Shown: in pieces, positions 35,183-48,553 of the stretch
Layout of the letters: every line of letters begins with the position of its first letter
Position numbering within the stretch: the first letter of the stretch is position 1
Source: Squalus acanthias
Lineage: Eukaryota
Reading direction: 5' to 3'
NCBI GenBank assembly: GCA_030390025.1
Contig: CM059432.1
Location: 97,032,001-97,096,000 of the forward strand
DNA: 64,000 nucleotides
Notes under the pieces: generated by a model
What the model was told of the DNA's origin: nothing
The model's database searches: none
What the model saw: only the letters and a program-made list of their open reading frames with translations
Position numbers and translations under genes: made by a program

Positions 35183-37037
35183 ATGGAAGATCCACAAACC
35201 AGAGAGAGAGAACGCAGATTCTACGATCAAGCATTGGAGGCGTTGGTGTTTGCTGTGGAGAGATGGAGGACGGTGCTCTACCCGGCAAGTTGCAGGAGGC
35301 CCTCGCCGCAAGTCATCCGTACCATGTGGAGGGAGGTAGCACAGCACGTCTTGGGCAGCACTGTGGTCCCCAGGATCCACACACAGTGCAGGAAGAAATT
35401 TAACGACCTCACTCAGGTGATCAGGTAAGTGAATGCTTCAACAAATGCTACATACCACCATCTGAACCATCGTCTTCAGACACTGCCCAAAGCACCACAT
35501 GCCCAGCACTCAACCACCAACAATCTCTACCTAGCAACACTCACACTCACATCTCACACCTTGCACACAATGAGAGCTATTCAACTATAGCAGGCACATC
35601 ACCCAAACACATTGCTCCACATTCATTCACAAGCTTTCCTTTCTCTTGCAGGCCAAGGTGGCTCACAACAGGAGGGAGCAGGAGTGCACAGGCAGGGGAC
35701 AAGCTGACACCCAACCACTGTCTGCGCAGGAGAATCGAGTGCTGCAGATTATTGGGTGCCAGGTGGTGGGCGCCATGGCCACCGGTGACGTTGACCCCCT
35801 TGGGAACAACAATGGTATATTCATCCCTACTCCTTCTTCTCACATCATGCTGTATGCATGCATTTCTCCCTTCCTGCCCCCCTCCCCTCACCTTAACCCG
35901 ACTCTTGTGCCTTTATGCTTTCAGATAATGAGCAAGCACCTGAGCAGGCTATCCCTGAGGGCACCGTAGAGAACAAAACAGGAGAAGAGGAGGAGGAAGA
36001 ACACACCTCGTCACTGCATGTCTCACCCACAGGCATCAGCTATGATACTGGCACTACGCATTCTTTAGAGGCTAATATAGTAGCGGGAGCTGCACAGGGT
36101 GAGGCACTGGGGAAGAGTTGGCTGCAGCAAGGCCAGGGGGAATGGGTAGCTTGGGAGTGAACTCTCCGGAGGGCGAATTCGTGTGCGAGTTCTGCTGCAC
36201 AGGACTCAGATGAGGATCTCAATGGGGAGGCCTTTAGAAGAAGGGTGATGGGCATGCACACGGAGCTGATGGGTGCAATGGCAAGAGTGCGCGGGAGCCT
36301 CTCGGCAATGATAAGGAGCGTGGAGGAGTCCGCCTCCAACATTGCACAGAGCTCTGCGCACACCATGGAACCCTTCATTTCCAGTTTGCAAAGGATGGTA
36401 GACTCCCAGAGAGACTGGTGACCCAGACCTGATGCCACTTGTGATGGGCGATCTGCCAGCTTCCATTGCAGCACAGGCGGATGCGAAGGAACGTTTTAGT
36501 GCTATAATGCAGTCTATGCTTGGTGGCATCTAACCTCAGAATGCTTTCATGCAGTCTCAGCTTGATACCACGCAAGCTCTAACTGCTGCCATCGTGGCTG
36601 GGTCTACCACTGTCGACCGGCGCTTTCACGTATCACAGCAGGCCAGCAATCTATGCTGCAACAGATTGCTAGGGATGCTGAGGTGCTGCCTCGGGGGAGT
36701 GGCTGTGAGTCAGTGGGGCACGAACCTGCTGTCCTCTCTCAGGATAACAGCATTCCTGCTCCCACCACTGCCACTCCGCCATTGCCCTTGTCGCTGCCTG
36801 TCATCTAGCAGCCCAGACTGCTGCCACCCATGCTGAGGTGGTGCAGTCTACAGCCAGGCCTACCAGGCCCAGAGCTGGTCGAGGGCATCATGCAAAGCCA
36901 TCTGAACTCTCCCGCATGGACACTCAGTAGCCTTCTACCAGCTCTGTTGCAGCCACTGGGCCAACACTTCGTAGGAGCTCTAGAGTAGGCAAAGGCACAG
37001 TAACGAGGGGCCCTAAAGGATTGCAAAAGGGTGAATA
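35183..37037 (+). pseudogene. Harbinger Myb/SANT-like DNA-binding protein gene, 3 exons, decayed
   Basis: Exon 1 (35183-~35424): RERERRFYDQALEALV...WREVAQHV...QCRKKFNDL, followed by GTAAGT. Exon 2 (35652-~35814): AKVAHNRREQECTGRG after TTCTCTTGCAG. Exon 3 from ~35925 has stops. Confidence 0.85.
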
Positions 37038-37199
37038 GTTAATATTTTTGTTGTAAATATGTGTTCACTGATTTTTGATAAATTTATTAATTCAGTTTGG
37101 ATTCTTTTGTGGTGTGTCTCATTTCAGCTTTGCGCTGTGATATGACCTGCGACAAAGATGGAATGATGGGAATGTGGTGAGCAACGGGGATCTGGGGTT

Positions 37200-38339
37200 T
37201 AATTTATTGTAACCGCAGTCTGATGAGGCGGTCATGGACAGCCCTGCCAGAAGGCTGATTGAGTGGCTGCCTCCTCCCTCGCTCCTGTTCCTCCTCCTCC
37301 TCCTGAGGTGGTCCCGCAATCCCTGGTCGCAAGGGCTGGGCCCTCATGATGGCCAAGTTGTGGAGCATGCAGCAGACCACCACGAACTGGGACAGCCACT
37401 CAGCTTAGTACTGGAGGGCTCTCCCAAGCGGTCAAGGCAGCAGAACCATTGCTTCAGCAGGCCGATGGTCTGCTCGATGATATTCCTGGTGGCAGCATGG
37501 CTCTCATTATATGAGTGCTGGGCAGGAGTGTTGGGGTTGCGGAGGGGAGCCATGAGCCAGGTGGAGAGCGGATACCCCTTGTCTCCGAGTAGCCAGCCGC
37601 GAGCTTGACGTGTAGGCTGGAAGAGTGCAGGCACACCGGTGTGGCGCAGGATGAAGGCACCATTGCTGCTGCCAGGATAGCGGGCAATCACATTGAGAAT
37701 TAGCTGTCTGTGGTCGCACACCAACTGAACATTAAGTGAGTGGTAGCCTTTGCAGTTACAGAAGATCTCAGGATTGTTATGCGGTACCTGCAAAGCCATG
37801 TGGGTGCAGTTATTGGCGCCCTGCACCATGGGGAATCCCGCTATCCTGGCAAAGCCACATGCATGCTCTTCCCGCTTCTCTCTGGTAATAGGGGAGGAAA
37901 TGTAGTCCCTTCTCCTACTGTAGAGAGCTTCTGTGACCTCCTGGATGCAGCGATGGGCGGCAAACTGTGAAATGTTAGCTAAGTGTCCTGTTGCAGACTG
38001 GAAGGATCCACTGGCGAAGAAATTGCGGGCGATGGTGACCTTGACTGCCACTGAGAGAGCCGTGGTCACCCTGATCTGTGGCTAGAGGTCTGGTTGCAGG
38101 AGGTGGCAGTGTCCTGTGACTACCTCCTTGGTGAGGATGAGCCTTCTAATACACTGCCCCTCACTTAATTGGAGGTAGGAGAAGATCTCTCAGAATACCC
38201 TCGGAGGGTAAGGCCTCCTGTTGAGAGCCCTGATGGCCCTCCTCCTCCCTCTGGCCACTTGTTCCAGTCTTTCTCACTGTCTCTGCTCCCTCTGCCGTAG
38301 ATCCTGGAGGACAAGGTCGACTGCCAGTACAGCCCCCAT
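37200..38339 (-). pseudogene. Harbinger DDE transposase (HARBI1-like), decayed
   Basis: [43 protein letters not shown] and TRNIIEQTIGLLK motifs. Probable ATG at 38339; internal stops and frameshifts. Confidence 0.92.
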
Positions 38340-39002
38340 TAATGTAACCATGTGTAGCAATTTGATTTTTTTATGAATAAATGTACCTACTTTTTAGTTG
38401 CCACAGCACTCCTGATACTAAATAACGTTGAAATTATGGAATGAGACTGGTGCACTTTGTGAAACTGACAAGAAAGCAATGAAATTCCACTGACCTTACA
38501 GCTGTGACTCATTACTGATGATCCCTTTAAATAATGTCCCTGGAGCTGGCTTCCTGTTGCTTGACACCAGCTCTCCCTATCGCTGTTTCCTCCTGGCGCT
38601 AAGGTTGGTGATGACAATCAATTTTGCAGATTGGGCGGTCAGTGAGCATTGCACACTCATTGATGTAACGATCCACCTGACATTGAGGCTCTCGGTGATA
38701 ACTGTTAGCGGCAGCGCTGCGTGGGGTGGGGGTGGGGGCAGGATTTGGCGTACGGCACTGGATTTGCCTTGCCCTGGCAATATTGCTCTGGCGCCCCATT
38801 AGCCCCATCTGCTGGGACTAACGGGAGGTGTTAAGCTACCGAATTTTTCCCCCAACGTGTCATAACAAGAGGGTGCATAGATTGCAGTTCTTTCAAGCAC
38901 AGAGGTCCCACAACATTCACCTGGTGGTTACTGGAATCACAAATAAATTGGGCAAGTTGTATTGGGGTTTCAATGGGCAAGTTACCAACATCCTATTGAC
39001 TA

Positions 39003-39144
39003 ATACAAAAAGAAAATACTGCAGATGCTGGAAATCTGAAATAAAAACAGAACATGCTGGAGATGCTCAGCAGGTCAGGCAGCATCTGTGAAGAGAGAAA
39101 CAGAGTTAACGTTTCAGGTCGATGACCTTTCGTCAGAACTGTTC
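39003..39144 (-). mobile_element. Penelope-like element terminal-repeat fragment
   Basis: AAATACTGCAGATGCTGGAAATCTGAAATAAAAACAGAA...GTTTCAGGTCGATGACCTTTCGTCAGAAC. Recognised from memory as a chondrichthyan Penelope-type repeat; it contains a hammerhead core, as PLE repeats do. Confidence 0.65.
39097..39144 (-). ncRNA. Minimal type I hammerhead ribozyme motif
   Basis: Minus strand: GAACAGTT-CTGACGA-A-AGGTC(ATC)GACCT-GAAA-CGTT-AACTCTGTTTC. Core CUGANGA/GAAA, 5-bp stem II, palindromic AACGTT in place of stem III, bulged stem I. Confidence 0.65.
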
Positions 39145-39319
39145 GTCACTTTTCTGACTGCATAAAAATGGTATCAAAACTGTTCTCTTGATCCTGTTTA
39201 AGAAGCTATCAATAACAAGTATTTTTTGAAAAAAATGCCTCATCATTTATACTTGGCCAATTACTACAATTGTACTGTAGCTTGCTATAAATATGATTAT
39301 TAGTAAAAGTATAAATGAG

Positions 39320-40107
39320 GCATAAGTTGCTGCGTTTGACATCAAGGCAACATTTGACTGAGTATGGCATCAAGGAGCCCTAGTAAAATTGAAGTTAATG
39401 GGAATCAGGGTGAAAACTCTCCACTGGTTGAAGTCAGAACTAGCACAAAGAAAGTTGGTTGTGGTTGTTGGCGACCAATCATCTCAGCTCCAGGACATCG
39501 CTGCAGGAGTTCCTCAGGGTAGTATCCTCAGCCCAGCCATCTTCATTTGCTTCGTCAATGACCTTCCCTCCAACATAAAGTCAGAAGTGGGAATGTTCGC
39601 TGATTCGCACAGTTCAATTTCATTTGCAACTCCTCAGATAATGAAGCAGTTCATGCCTGCATGGCAGAAAGACCTGGACAACATCCAGGCTTGGGCTGAT
39701 AAGTGGCAAATAACATTCACACTGCACAAGTGCCAGGCAATGGCCATCTCCAACAAGCGAGAGTCTAACCACCGCCCTTGACATTCAATAGCATTACCAT
39801 CATCAAATCCCCCAACATTAACATCCCGGAGGTCACCATTGATCAGAAACTTAACTGGACCAGCCACACGAATACTGTGGCTGCATGAGCTGATCAGAGG
39901 CTGGGTATTCTGTGAGGAGTGACTTACCTCCAGACTCCCCCAAGCCTTTCCACCATCTACAAGGCACAAGTCAGGAATGTGATGAAATACTCACTTGCCT
40001 GGACGAGTGGAGCTCAAACAGCACTCAAGAAGCTCGACACCATCCAGCACAAGCAGCCCGCTTGAATGGCACCCCATCCACCATCTTAAACATTCACACC
40101 CTCCACA
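39320..40107 (+). mobile_element. CR1-clade LINE RT fragment
   Basis: GVPQGSILSP, FADS and QAWADKWQ motifs; same subfamily as 9292-10836. Confidence 0.88.
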
Positions 40108-40449
40108 AGGAAGAATCCCTGTTTCACAAAACTCATCCCCGAAGCGTACCCCTGGGCAGTGAGTGTACCCCCATGAGCTGTCAGTTTGTGACTCTGAAGC
40201 TAAATTAAACAACAACTTGTACAATGGCCAGAGTGACTCACTTTGCATACGCGATTGGGCGGTCTTTCTGTGCAGGTGCCAATTGTTGTTTCTGAGCTTC
40301 CAGTTAGGCTCATGCTGCTCGATTGACAGCGCCGGAAGTGCCTGGCAGCACAGCAACCGGTGTGGGTGAGGGAGAGGCCGCGGGAGAGGGCCCGTTCACG
40401 GTCACCGGGGGAAGGGATGGGGCAGGCTAATCCTAGACACAGTGGGGCA

Positions 40450-40692
40450 TGGTCAGGTGTGACCTCAGTCACTGGGGCAGGGGGTTGGGGGGTCGGTTTC
40501 AGGTGTGACCTTCCTCACGAGGGGGAGGGGTCAGGTGTGACCTCAGTTACTCGGGGGAAGGGGGCAGGTGTGACCTCAGTCACTGGGGTGGCTCACTTGT
40601 AACCTCAGTCACTAGGGGGGGTTAATCAGTTGTGACCTCAGTCACTGGGCGGAGTCAGGTGTGACTCCATTCACTGGGAGGGGTTCAGGTGT
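40450..40692 (+). repeat. Degenerate tandem repeat (GGTCAGGTGTGACCTCAGTCACTGGGG-like, ~8 units)
   Basis: Repeated GGTGTGACCTCAGTCACTGG with G-rich spacers of variable length. Probably internal to a hAT-like element whose end (ATATGGTTACCCTA) is at ~40902. Confidence 0.75.
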
Positions 40693-40727
40693 CTGAATGC
40701 CCTTCAATAGTGTGATGTCATATCAGC

Positions 40728-40773
<46 letters not shown>

Positions 40774-40910
40774 GCTGTTAAAATATAGGCTGCTAAAAAT
40801 TTTGCCTTGCTATGCTGCACAACCTACATTCTCCGTCCTGGATACTTTGCTGTGCTTCCACCCTGTGTGTCCAGATTTGGTTTAGAAAATATGGTTACCC
40901 TAACTAAAAC

Positions 40911-41092
40911 ACAGATTATCTGGTCATTAGCACGTTGCTGTTTGTGGGACAACGCTGTGCAAAAAATTGGCTGCTGCATTTCCTACATTACAATTGAGAC
41001 TACGCTTAAAAAAGAACTTAATTGGCTGTAAAGCACTTTGCAACGGCCTGAGGTTGTGAAAGGCGCTTATAAATGCAAGTCTACTTTTTCTT
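40911..41092 (+). mobile_element. Deu-type SINE 3' fragment
   Basis: CAGATTATCTGGTCATT...ATAAATGCAAGTCT, the reverse complement of the 3' part of the other copies. Confidence 0.75.
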
Positions 41093-42023
41093 TTATGTCA
41101 TTTAATCTGCTGGGGAAAAATTCTGCAAAATTGCTTTCTGCCCCTTAATGATAAATTTTTGGAATAATTTACCAAGTAAGGTAATAGAGTGAAAAATATT
41201 GGCTTTATTCAAAATATAATGAAATACCACTACGCCAAACTTAATGTACTAGAGGAATGACCTTCAAAGGGCTGTATGGCCTTTTCTCGTTCCTGTCTAT
41301 TCTTATGTTCTAAATTGAACAAAACTCCAGAATATTTATCAAGCCTTTTATTCCTGAATTATTCATCAACGTAGAAAGTCAATGTAGTTAAATTGAAAAA
41401 AATCATTGAAATTGAATCTAGATTTCAGCACTACTCTTCAACATTTATTCTAAATGGGAAACCTTGTACACTGAAATTGATTTATAAAAGCCAGCCTGCT
41501 CTGCATTCAGCACAAACAGCCTCCAGTGCCTGTCAATAGTTGAATCTCATGGGAGTTAACATGCACTGACGAATAGTCTCTAATTGGTGTCTTTCTAAGT
41601 ATGCAGCTTCCATTGTACATCAACTATCTATGATACTTCCAGAAAAATGGCAAACCCGAAGTCTTACACGACATACCTTCACACAATTATTACAAGTCTG
41701 TTCCATAGAAATGTATGAGCAATCAGTTTTATTCAGAGAAGCGTAGTACATCTGTAAGAATGTAAGAACATAAGAATTAGGAGCAGTACAGCCCCTCGAG
41801 CTGCTCCGCCATTCAGTAAGATCACGGCTGATCTTCGACCTCAACTCCACATTCCCGCCCGATCGCTATATCCCTTGATTCCCCGAGAGTCTAAAATCTA
41901 TCTATCTCAACCTTGAATATACTCAACGATTTGAGGTCGAGAATTCTAAAGATTTACAAGCCTCTGGGTGAAGAAATTCCTCTACATCTCAGTCTTAAAT
42001 TGCGGACCCTTTATCCTGAGACA

Positions 42024-43117
42024 ATTTTTTTAATCATTCTTGGGATGTAGGTGTCGTTGGTAAGGCCAACATTTATTGCCCATCCCTAATTGCCCTTCAT
42101 AAGGTGAGTCGCCTTCTTGAACCGCTGCAGTCCTTGTGGTGAAGGTACTCCCACAGTGCTGTTAGAGAGGGAGTTCCAGGATTTTGACCCAGCAACGATG
42201 AAGGAACGGTGATATATTTCCAAGTCAGGATGGTGTATGACTTGGAGGGGAACTTGGAGGTGGTGGTGTCCCCATTTGCCTGCTGCCCTTGTATTTCTAG
42301 GTGTTAGAGGTCATGGGTTTGGGATGTGGTGTCGAAGAAGACTTGGCGAGCTGCTGCAGTGCACCTTGTAGATGGTACACACTGTAGCCACGGTGCACCA
42401 GTGGTGGAGGAAATGAATGTTTAAGGTGGTGGATGGGGTGCCAATTAAGTGGGCTGCTTTGCCCTGGATAGTGTCAAGATTCTTGAGTGTTGTTGGAGCT
42501 GCACTCATCCAGGCAAGTGACAACTATTCCAGCACACTCCTGACTTCTGCTTTGTAGATGGTGGCAAGCCTTTGGGGAGTTAGGAGGTAAGACACTTGCC
42601 ACAGAATTTCTAGCCTCTGACCTACTCTTGAAGCTACAGTATTTATGTGGACGGTCCAGTTAAGTTTCTGGTCAATGGTGACCTCCAGGCTGTTGATGGT
42701 GGGAGATTCATCTATGGTAATGCCATTGAATGTCATGGGGCAGTTGTTACACTCTCTCTTGTTGGAAATAGTCATTGTCTGCCACTTATGTAGCGTGAAT
42801 GTTACTTGCCACTTATCAGCCCAAGCCTGGATGTTGTCCAGGTCTTGCTGCGTGCGGCAGGAACTGCTTCATTATCTGAGGAGTTGTGAATGGAACTGAA
42901 CACTGTGCAATCATCAACGAACATCCCCACTTCTGACCTTATGATGGAGGGAAGGTTATTGATGAAGCAGCTGAAGATGGTTGGGCCGAGGACACTGCCC
43001 TGAGGAACTCCTGCAGCAATGTCGTGGGGCTGAGATGATGGCCTCCAACAACCACAACCATCTTCCTTTGTGCTAGGTATGACTCCAGCCAGTGGAGAGT
43101 TCCTCCCCTGATTCCAA
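42024..43117 (-). mobile_element. 5'-truncated CR1-clade LINE nested in the larger CR1
   Basis: Same subfamily as 9292-10836, with 3' UTR and A-tail at 42024. Probable TSD CTGAGACA (42016-42023) / CTGACACA (43118-43125). Confidence 0.85.
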
Positions 43118-45949
43118 CTGACACATGCTTCCTATTTTTAGACTCTCCAGCCGGGGAAAACAACCTCTCAGCATCTACCCTGTAAATCCTCCTCAGAATC
43201 TAATATGTTTAAATGAGATCACCTCTCATTCTTCTAAACTCCAGAGAGTATAGGCCTAATCTACTCAATTTCTCCTCATAGGACAACCCTCTCATCCCAG
43301 GGATCAATCTACTGAACTTTTGTTGCACCGCCTCTAAGGCAAGTATGTCCTTCTTCAGATAAGGAGTCCAAAACTGTGCACAGTACTCCAGGTGTGGTCT
43401 CAGCAAGACCCTGTACAATTGTAGTAAGACTTCCTTACTCTTGTACTCCAACCCCCTCGCAATAAAGGCCAACATGCCATTCGCCTTCCTAATTGCTTGC
43501 TGTAGCATGCTAACTTTCTGTGTTTCCTGTACGAGGACACCTAAATGTCTCTGAACACCAACATTTTATAGTTTCTCACCATTTAAAAATATTCTGTTTT
43601 TCTATTCTTCCTACCAAAGTGAATAACCTCACATTTCCCCACAGTATACTCCATCTACCACCTTAATGCCCACTCACTTAACCTGTCTATATCCCTTTGC
43701 AAGCTCTTTGTGTTCTCCTCACAGCTTACTTTCCCACCTAGCTTTGTATCATCAGCAAACTTGGATACATTGCACTCGGTCCCTTCATCTAATCATTAAT
43801 AGATTGTAAATAGTTGAGGCCCAATCACTGATTCTTGTAGCACCCCACTAGTTAAAGCCTGCCAAGCGGAAAATGACCCGTTTTCCCTACTCTCTGTTTT
43901 CTGTCCGTTAACCAATCCTCTATCCATGCTAATATATTACCCCAACCCCATGAGCCCTTGTCTTGCATAGCAACCTTTTATGTAGCACCTTATTGAATGC
44001 CTTTTGGAAATCCAAATATACTACATCCACTGGTTCCCCTTTATCTACCCAGTTAGTAATAAAGTTGTTAAACATGATTTCCCTTTCATAAGACCATGTT
44101 GCCTCTGCCTAATCATATTATGATTTTCTTAGTGCCCTGTTGCCACTTCCTTAATAATGGATTCGAGCATATTTCTGACAACTGATGCCAGGCTAACTGG
44201 CCTGTAGTTCCCTGTTTTCTCTCTCCCTCCTTTCTTGAAAAGCCAGGTTACATTTTATACCTTCCAATCTGCTGGGACTGTTCTACAATCTAGGTGATTT
44301 TGGAAGATAATGACCAAATCACCCACTATCTCTGCAGCCACCTCTTTTAGAACCCTAGGATGTAGGCTATCAGGTCCAGGGGATTTGACAGCTTTTAGTC
44401 CTATTAGTTTCTCAAGTAATTTTTCTCAACTGATATTAATTACTTTAAGCTCCTCACTCTCATTAGCCCCTTGGTTCCCCACTATTTTTGGTATGCCGTT
44501 TATGTCTTCTACGGTGAAGACATATACAAAATATTTGTTTAAAGTTTCTGCCATTTCCTTATTCCCCATTATAATTTATCCTGTCTCAGCCTCTAAGGGA
44601 CCATCACTTACTTTTGCTACTCTCTTCCTTTTTACATACTTGTAGAAGCTCTTACAATCTGTTTTTATATTTCTTGCTAGTTTACTCTCAAATTCTATTT
44701 TTTTCTTTTTTTAATCAATTTTTTGGTCATCCTTTGCTGGTTTCTAAAACCCTCCCAATCCTTAGACTTACTCCTATTCTTGGCAACATTATAAGCCTCT
44801 TCTTTTAATCTAATACTATCCTTAACTTCTTTATTTAGCCACAGAGGGATCACTTTTCCCATTGAGTTTTTATTTCTCAATGGAATGAATATTCGTTGAG
44901 AATTTTGAAATATTTCTTTAAATGTTTGCCACTGCTTATCTACCATCATATCCTTAAATCTAATTTCCCTATTTACCTTAGCCAACTTGCCACTCATACC
45001 AATGTAATTGGCTTTATTTAAGTTGAAGACTCACATTTTGGACTTATGTATTTTGCTCTAAAACGCAATATAAAATTCTATGATATTATGATCACTCTTC
45101 CCCAGTGGATCCTTTACCACGAGATTAGTAATTAACCCTGTCTGAAAATAACCTGTTCCCTGGTTGTTTCCATGACATATTGTTCTCAGAAACTGTCTCA
45201 AATGTATTCCATGAACTTCTCCTCCAGACTACCTTTGCCAATTTGATTTGCCCAGCCTATATGATAATTACATTCCCCTGTGATTATTGTATTACCTTTG
45301 TTACAAGCCCTTATTATTTGTTGATTAATACACTGTCAAATGGTATAGCTACTGTTTGGGGCTTATAAACTACTCCCACCAGTGCTTTCTCCCCCTTGTG
45401 ATTTCTTATCTCCACCCCTACTGATTCTACTTCCTGATCTTACGAGCCAAGAGCCTTTCTCACTACTGTCCTTATGTCACCTTTTATTATTAGGGCTACC
45501 CCTCTTTTTCCATTTTGCCTGTCTTTTCAAAATGTCAAGTACCCTGGAATATTTAATTCCCAACCTTGGTCACCTTGCAACCACTTCTCTGTCATGGCTA
45601 TTAGATCAAAGCCATTTATCCCTATTTGCGTCACTAATTCATCTATCTTGTTATAAATGCTTCGTGCATTCAGATAAAGAGCCTTTAATTTCAATTTTTA
45701 CAATTATTCCCTGCTTTCACCTTATTCGCTGATGCACTATTACCATTAAACTCTCTGTCCCTTCCTGTCACACTCTGCTTATCTTTATCCAAATCCCTAC
45801 ACTGCTCCATTGCCTTGAGTTTTCTGTTTAGATTTCTAAATTTCCCCTCACCTGACCCCTCCCCCACTTTTTAGTTTAAAGCCCTTGTTATTCAAATCGC
45901 CAGGACACTGGTCCTTGCCCAATTTAAATGGAGCCCATCCCAATGAAAC

Positions 45950-46820
45950 AGCTCCCTCTTTCCCTAGTACTGCCCAGTGCCCCTTTAATTGAAACCCCTT
46001 CCTCTCCCACTACTCTTTGAGCCACACATTTAACTTTCTGATCTGCTTGACCCTATGCCAATTTGAGCATGGCTCAGGTAACAATCCAGAAATTGTTAAC
46101 ATTGAAGATCTGTGCTTTATTTTGGACACTAGATCCTCAAACTCTCTCAGCAGAACCTTAATGCTACCTATGTCATTGGTTCCTTCTTGGACCACAACAA
46201 CTGGATCTTCCCCCTCCCACTCCAAATTCTTCTTCAGCCGTGGGGAGATATTCTTAACCTCAAGATATTCTTAAGGCAACACAGCCTTCGGAACTCCCGG
46301 TCGTTGCTACAGAAAACAGTATCTGTCCCCCTGACTATACTGTCCCCTATAACTACAGAATTCCTTTTCACTTCCCCCACTTGAATGGCCTCCTGTACCA
46401 TGGTACCATGGTTAGTTTGCTCATCCACCCTGCAGGCCTTTCCCTCATCCACACAGGCAGCAAGAACCTCATACCTGTTGGATAAGGGCAAATGCCGAAG
46501 CTTCTCCAGCACTGCACCTGGGGTCCCCTTACCTGCCTAAATTGCAGTCACACCCTCCTGTCCCTGACCACTAACCAGACTTGTACCACTACCTAACCTA
46601 AGGATTGTGACTGCCTCCTGGATCCTGGATCAAAATGTTCAGATAACTCTCCCCTTCCTTGATGCCCCACAATGTCTGCACCTCGGACTCTAGCTCAACA
46701 ACTCTGAGCTGACATTCCTCGAGATGTCGACACTTACTGCAGACGTAGTCGTCCGGGATTGTAATGCTCTCACAAGTTTCACATACCACAGTTGCGGCAC
46801 ACTACCTGCACTGCCATCCC
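45950..46820 (-). pseudogene. CR1 ORF1 with zinc finger/leucine zipper and SGNH esterase domain
   Basis: YVCSKCRHLEECQLRVVELESEV, LSNRYEVL, VVIGDSIVRG, GTNDIG and ISGLLPEP motifs. Confidence 0.82.
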
Positions 46821-47689
46821 TATGTAACCTTGTTTTATTTAGTTAATTAATTACAGTTTATGTAGTTAATTAACTTAGCTTATAGTTTAGTTTTTAACTA
46901 ACTACTAGATCTAGTTTAAGTTATAGGTAGATTAAATCAAATATTTACCTCTAACACAAAGCACTACAAGCATTAGAGGCAAAAAACAGCACCTCCTCCC
47001 CCTCTGCACCAAATACCCACTCTCTCCAAATTCCCAACTTTAACACTCTGTTTAGAAGCACTCCGTTTAGGACCACTCTGTGCAGACCTCTCTATAATTT
47101 ATAATCTATATGCTGTTCTTCCCCTGCCCCCTACTTACTTGAGGGTTGTTCCTGGTGAGGCAAACAGCCAAAAAATTGGATTCTTTAGTTGGGTGAGCTG
47201 CTTGTAGCGGCGTGACAAGCATGGACAGATCACCACGATTTTGTAGATGAGGCCCAACAATCAATTTGTCGAGATCTTCAGGGTCCCATCTTAGGGGGTA
47301 GGGATCATTCCGTGCTCCCATTTTGTCCATCAAAACTGGTCTGCACTAATTTCTCAGCCATGCTGTTATAATGTCTACACTGCAATTCAGCTGATATAAT
47401 CTTCTCTTGTCTGGCCATTACTGTTCTCAGAGGCAGTGCAATTTGTCTTGGACAGCAGTGCGAAATAGGCGATAATGAATTGCAACCCATATTACTTTTG
47501 CATGGAACTCCTTCTGAAACCCTCGTCCCTGCCTTTCTCACCTCCAATCTACTGAAGTAGTATGTCAGGTACGTCACCACGGGCAAGTAACACAGAAAAT
47601 GTACTCTTATCTACTAAAAGGTAACTACTTACTAAATATAATTAGTATGTGCTAAATAGTGCTACATATGAAATTCTCATCCTTGTGTT

Positions 47690-48036
47690 AAAATCCCTTT
47701 GTGACCTCACCCCTCCCTATCGTTGTAACCTCCTCTAGTCTGACAACCCATGCTCTGAACTTTCTATTTCTCTGACCTGGACACTTGTAAGTACCAACTC
47801 CCATCATGGGTGGCTGTACCTTCGGTTGCTTAGGCCCCATACTTTGCAATTCCCTCCCTAAACTCCTCCACCTCTCCGCCACCCTCTCCTCTTTTAAAAC
47901 CCATCTCTTTGACCAAGCTTTTGTTTAGCCCTCCTAAAATCTGTTTCTTTGGCTCAGTGCCAATTTTTTTGAATAGGCCTCTGTGAAACATTTTGGGACA
48001 TTGTCAAAGACCTTATATGAATGCAAGTTATTGTTG
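47690..48036 (+). mobile_element. L2 LINE 3' fragment
   Basis: CCTCACCCCTCCCTATC...AATTCCCTCCCTAAAC...CTCTTTGACCAAGCTTTT...ATGAATGCAAGTTATTGTTG. Antisense match to 61844-62450. Confidence 0.7.
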
Positions 48037-48553
48037 CTATTAACAGCACATACTTATCTTAAAGTGTGTTGCTAAATACAGATGAATCAAAATTGCTGGG
48101 ATCCCACTGTGCTGCCTTGAGTGCAGCAGTGCAGGAGTCCCAGTTGCCAATTTTACAAGCCAATGACTTCCATATCCTGGGATAGGATTATTTCAATATT
48201 CTGAGAAAAAGGCACCCACTCCAAGTCACCCTGCCACTTCAATGGGGAGGGGGGCAGGGTCGGAATGGAGGCCCTTATCTGGCTGATGATGAAATGGCCC
48301 AAACTGTCTCGAAGAGAGGCTGGAGCCCTGTGGGATTGATTACCTATGAGCTGCAACATCTTTGAAGCCTTTGAAAGGCCCACTCCAGAAGCCACATCTG
48401 AACTCAGCAGGGCTTTGCCTTCCACTGGACCGTCATGACCTACACCCCTCCCTATCTTTGTAACCACCTCTAGTCCGACAACCCATGCTCTGAACTTCCT
48501 ATTTCTCTGACCTGGACTCTTATAAATATCCCCTCCCATCATGGGTGGCTGTG

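Larger units (their letters stand above)
20354..38853. mobile_element. Harbinger/PIF DNA transposon 1 (decayed autonomous type) carrying two Tx1 insertions
   Basis: Left end TAA|GGGCTAGAAATTC; right end GAATTTTTCCCCC (10/13 inverted match, right TSD not preserved). Convergent Myb/SANT and DDE transposase genes. Confidence 0.8.
41756..47090 (-). mobile_element. Near full-length decayed CR1 LINE (ORF1 + ORF2), interrupted by another CR1
   Basis: (TTCTTATG)-like 3' tail at ~41756-41776. RPHLEYCAQFW and SLEFRRMRGDLI in ORF2; ORF1 motifs at ~45950-46820. The 5' boundary is approximate. Confidence 0.88.

Noticed and set aside
37200..38339. Domesticated host HARBI1 gene
   Set aside because: It has stops and frameshifts, degenerate catalytic-region residues, and lies within TIRs next to a Myb partner, with several paralogues nearby.
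40450..40692. CRISPR-like repeat-spacer array
   Set aside because: Eukaryotic context, degenerate repeats, short G-rich non-unique spacers and no cas genes; this is a minisatellite.
47305..47586. Host exon candidates here and at 50369-50632 and 63318-63397
   Set aside because: No recognisable protein similarity and no consistent exon chain; cannot be supported from sequence alone.
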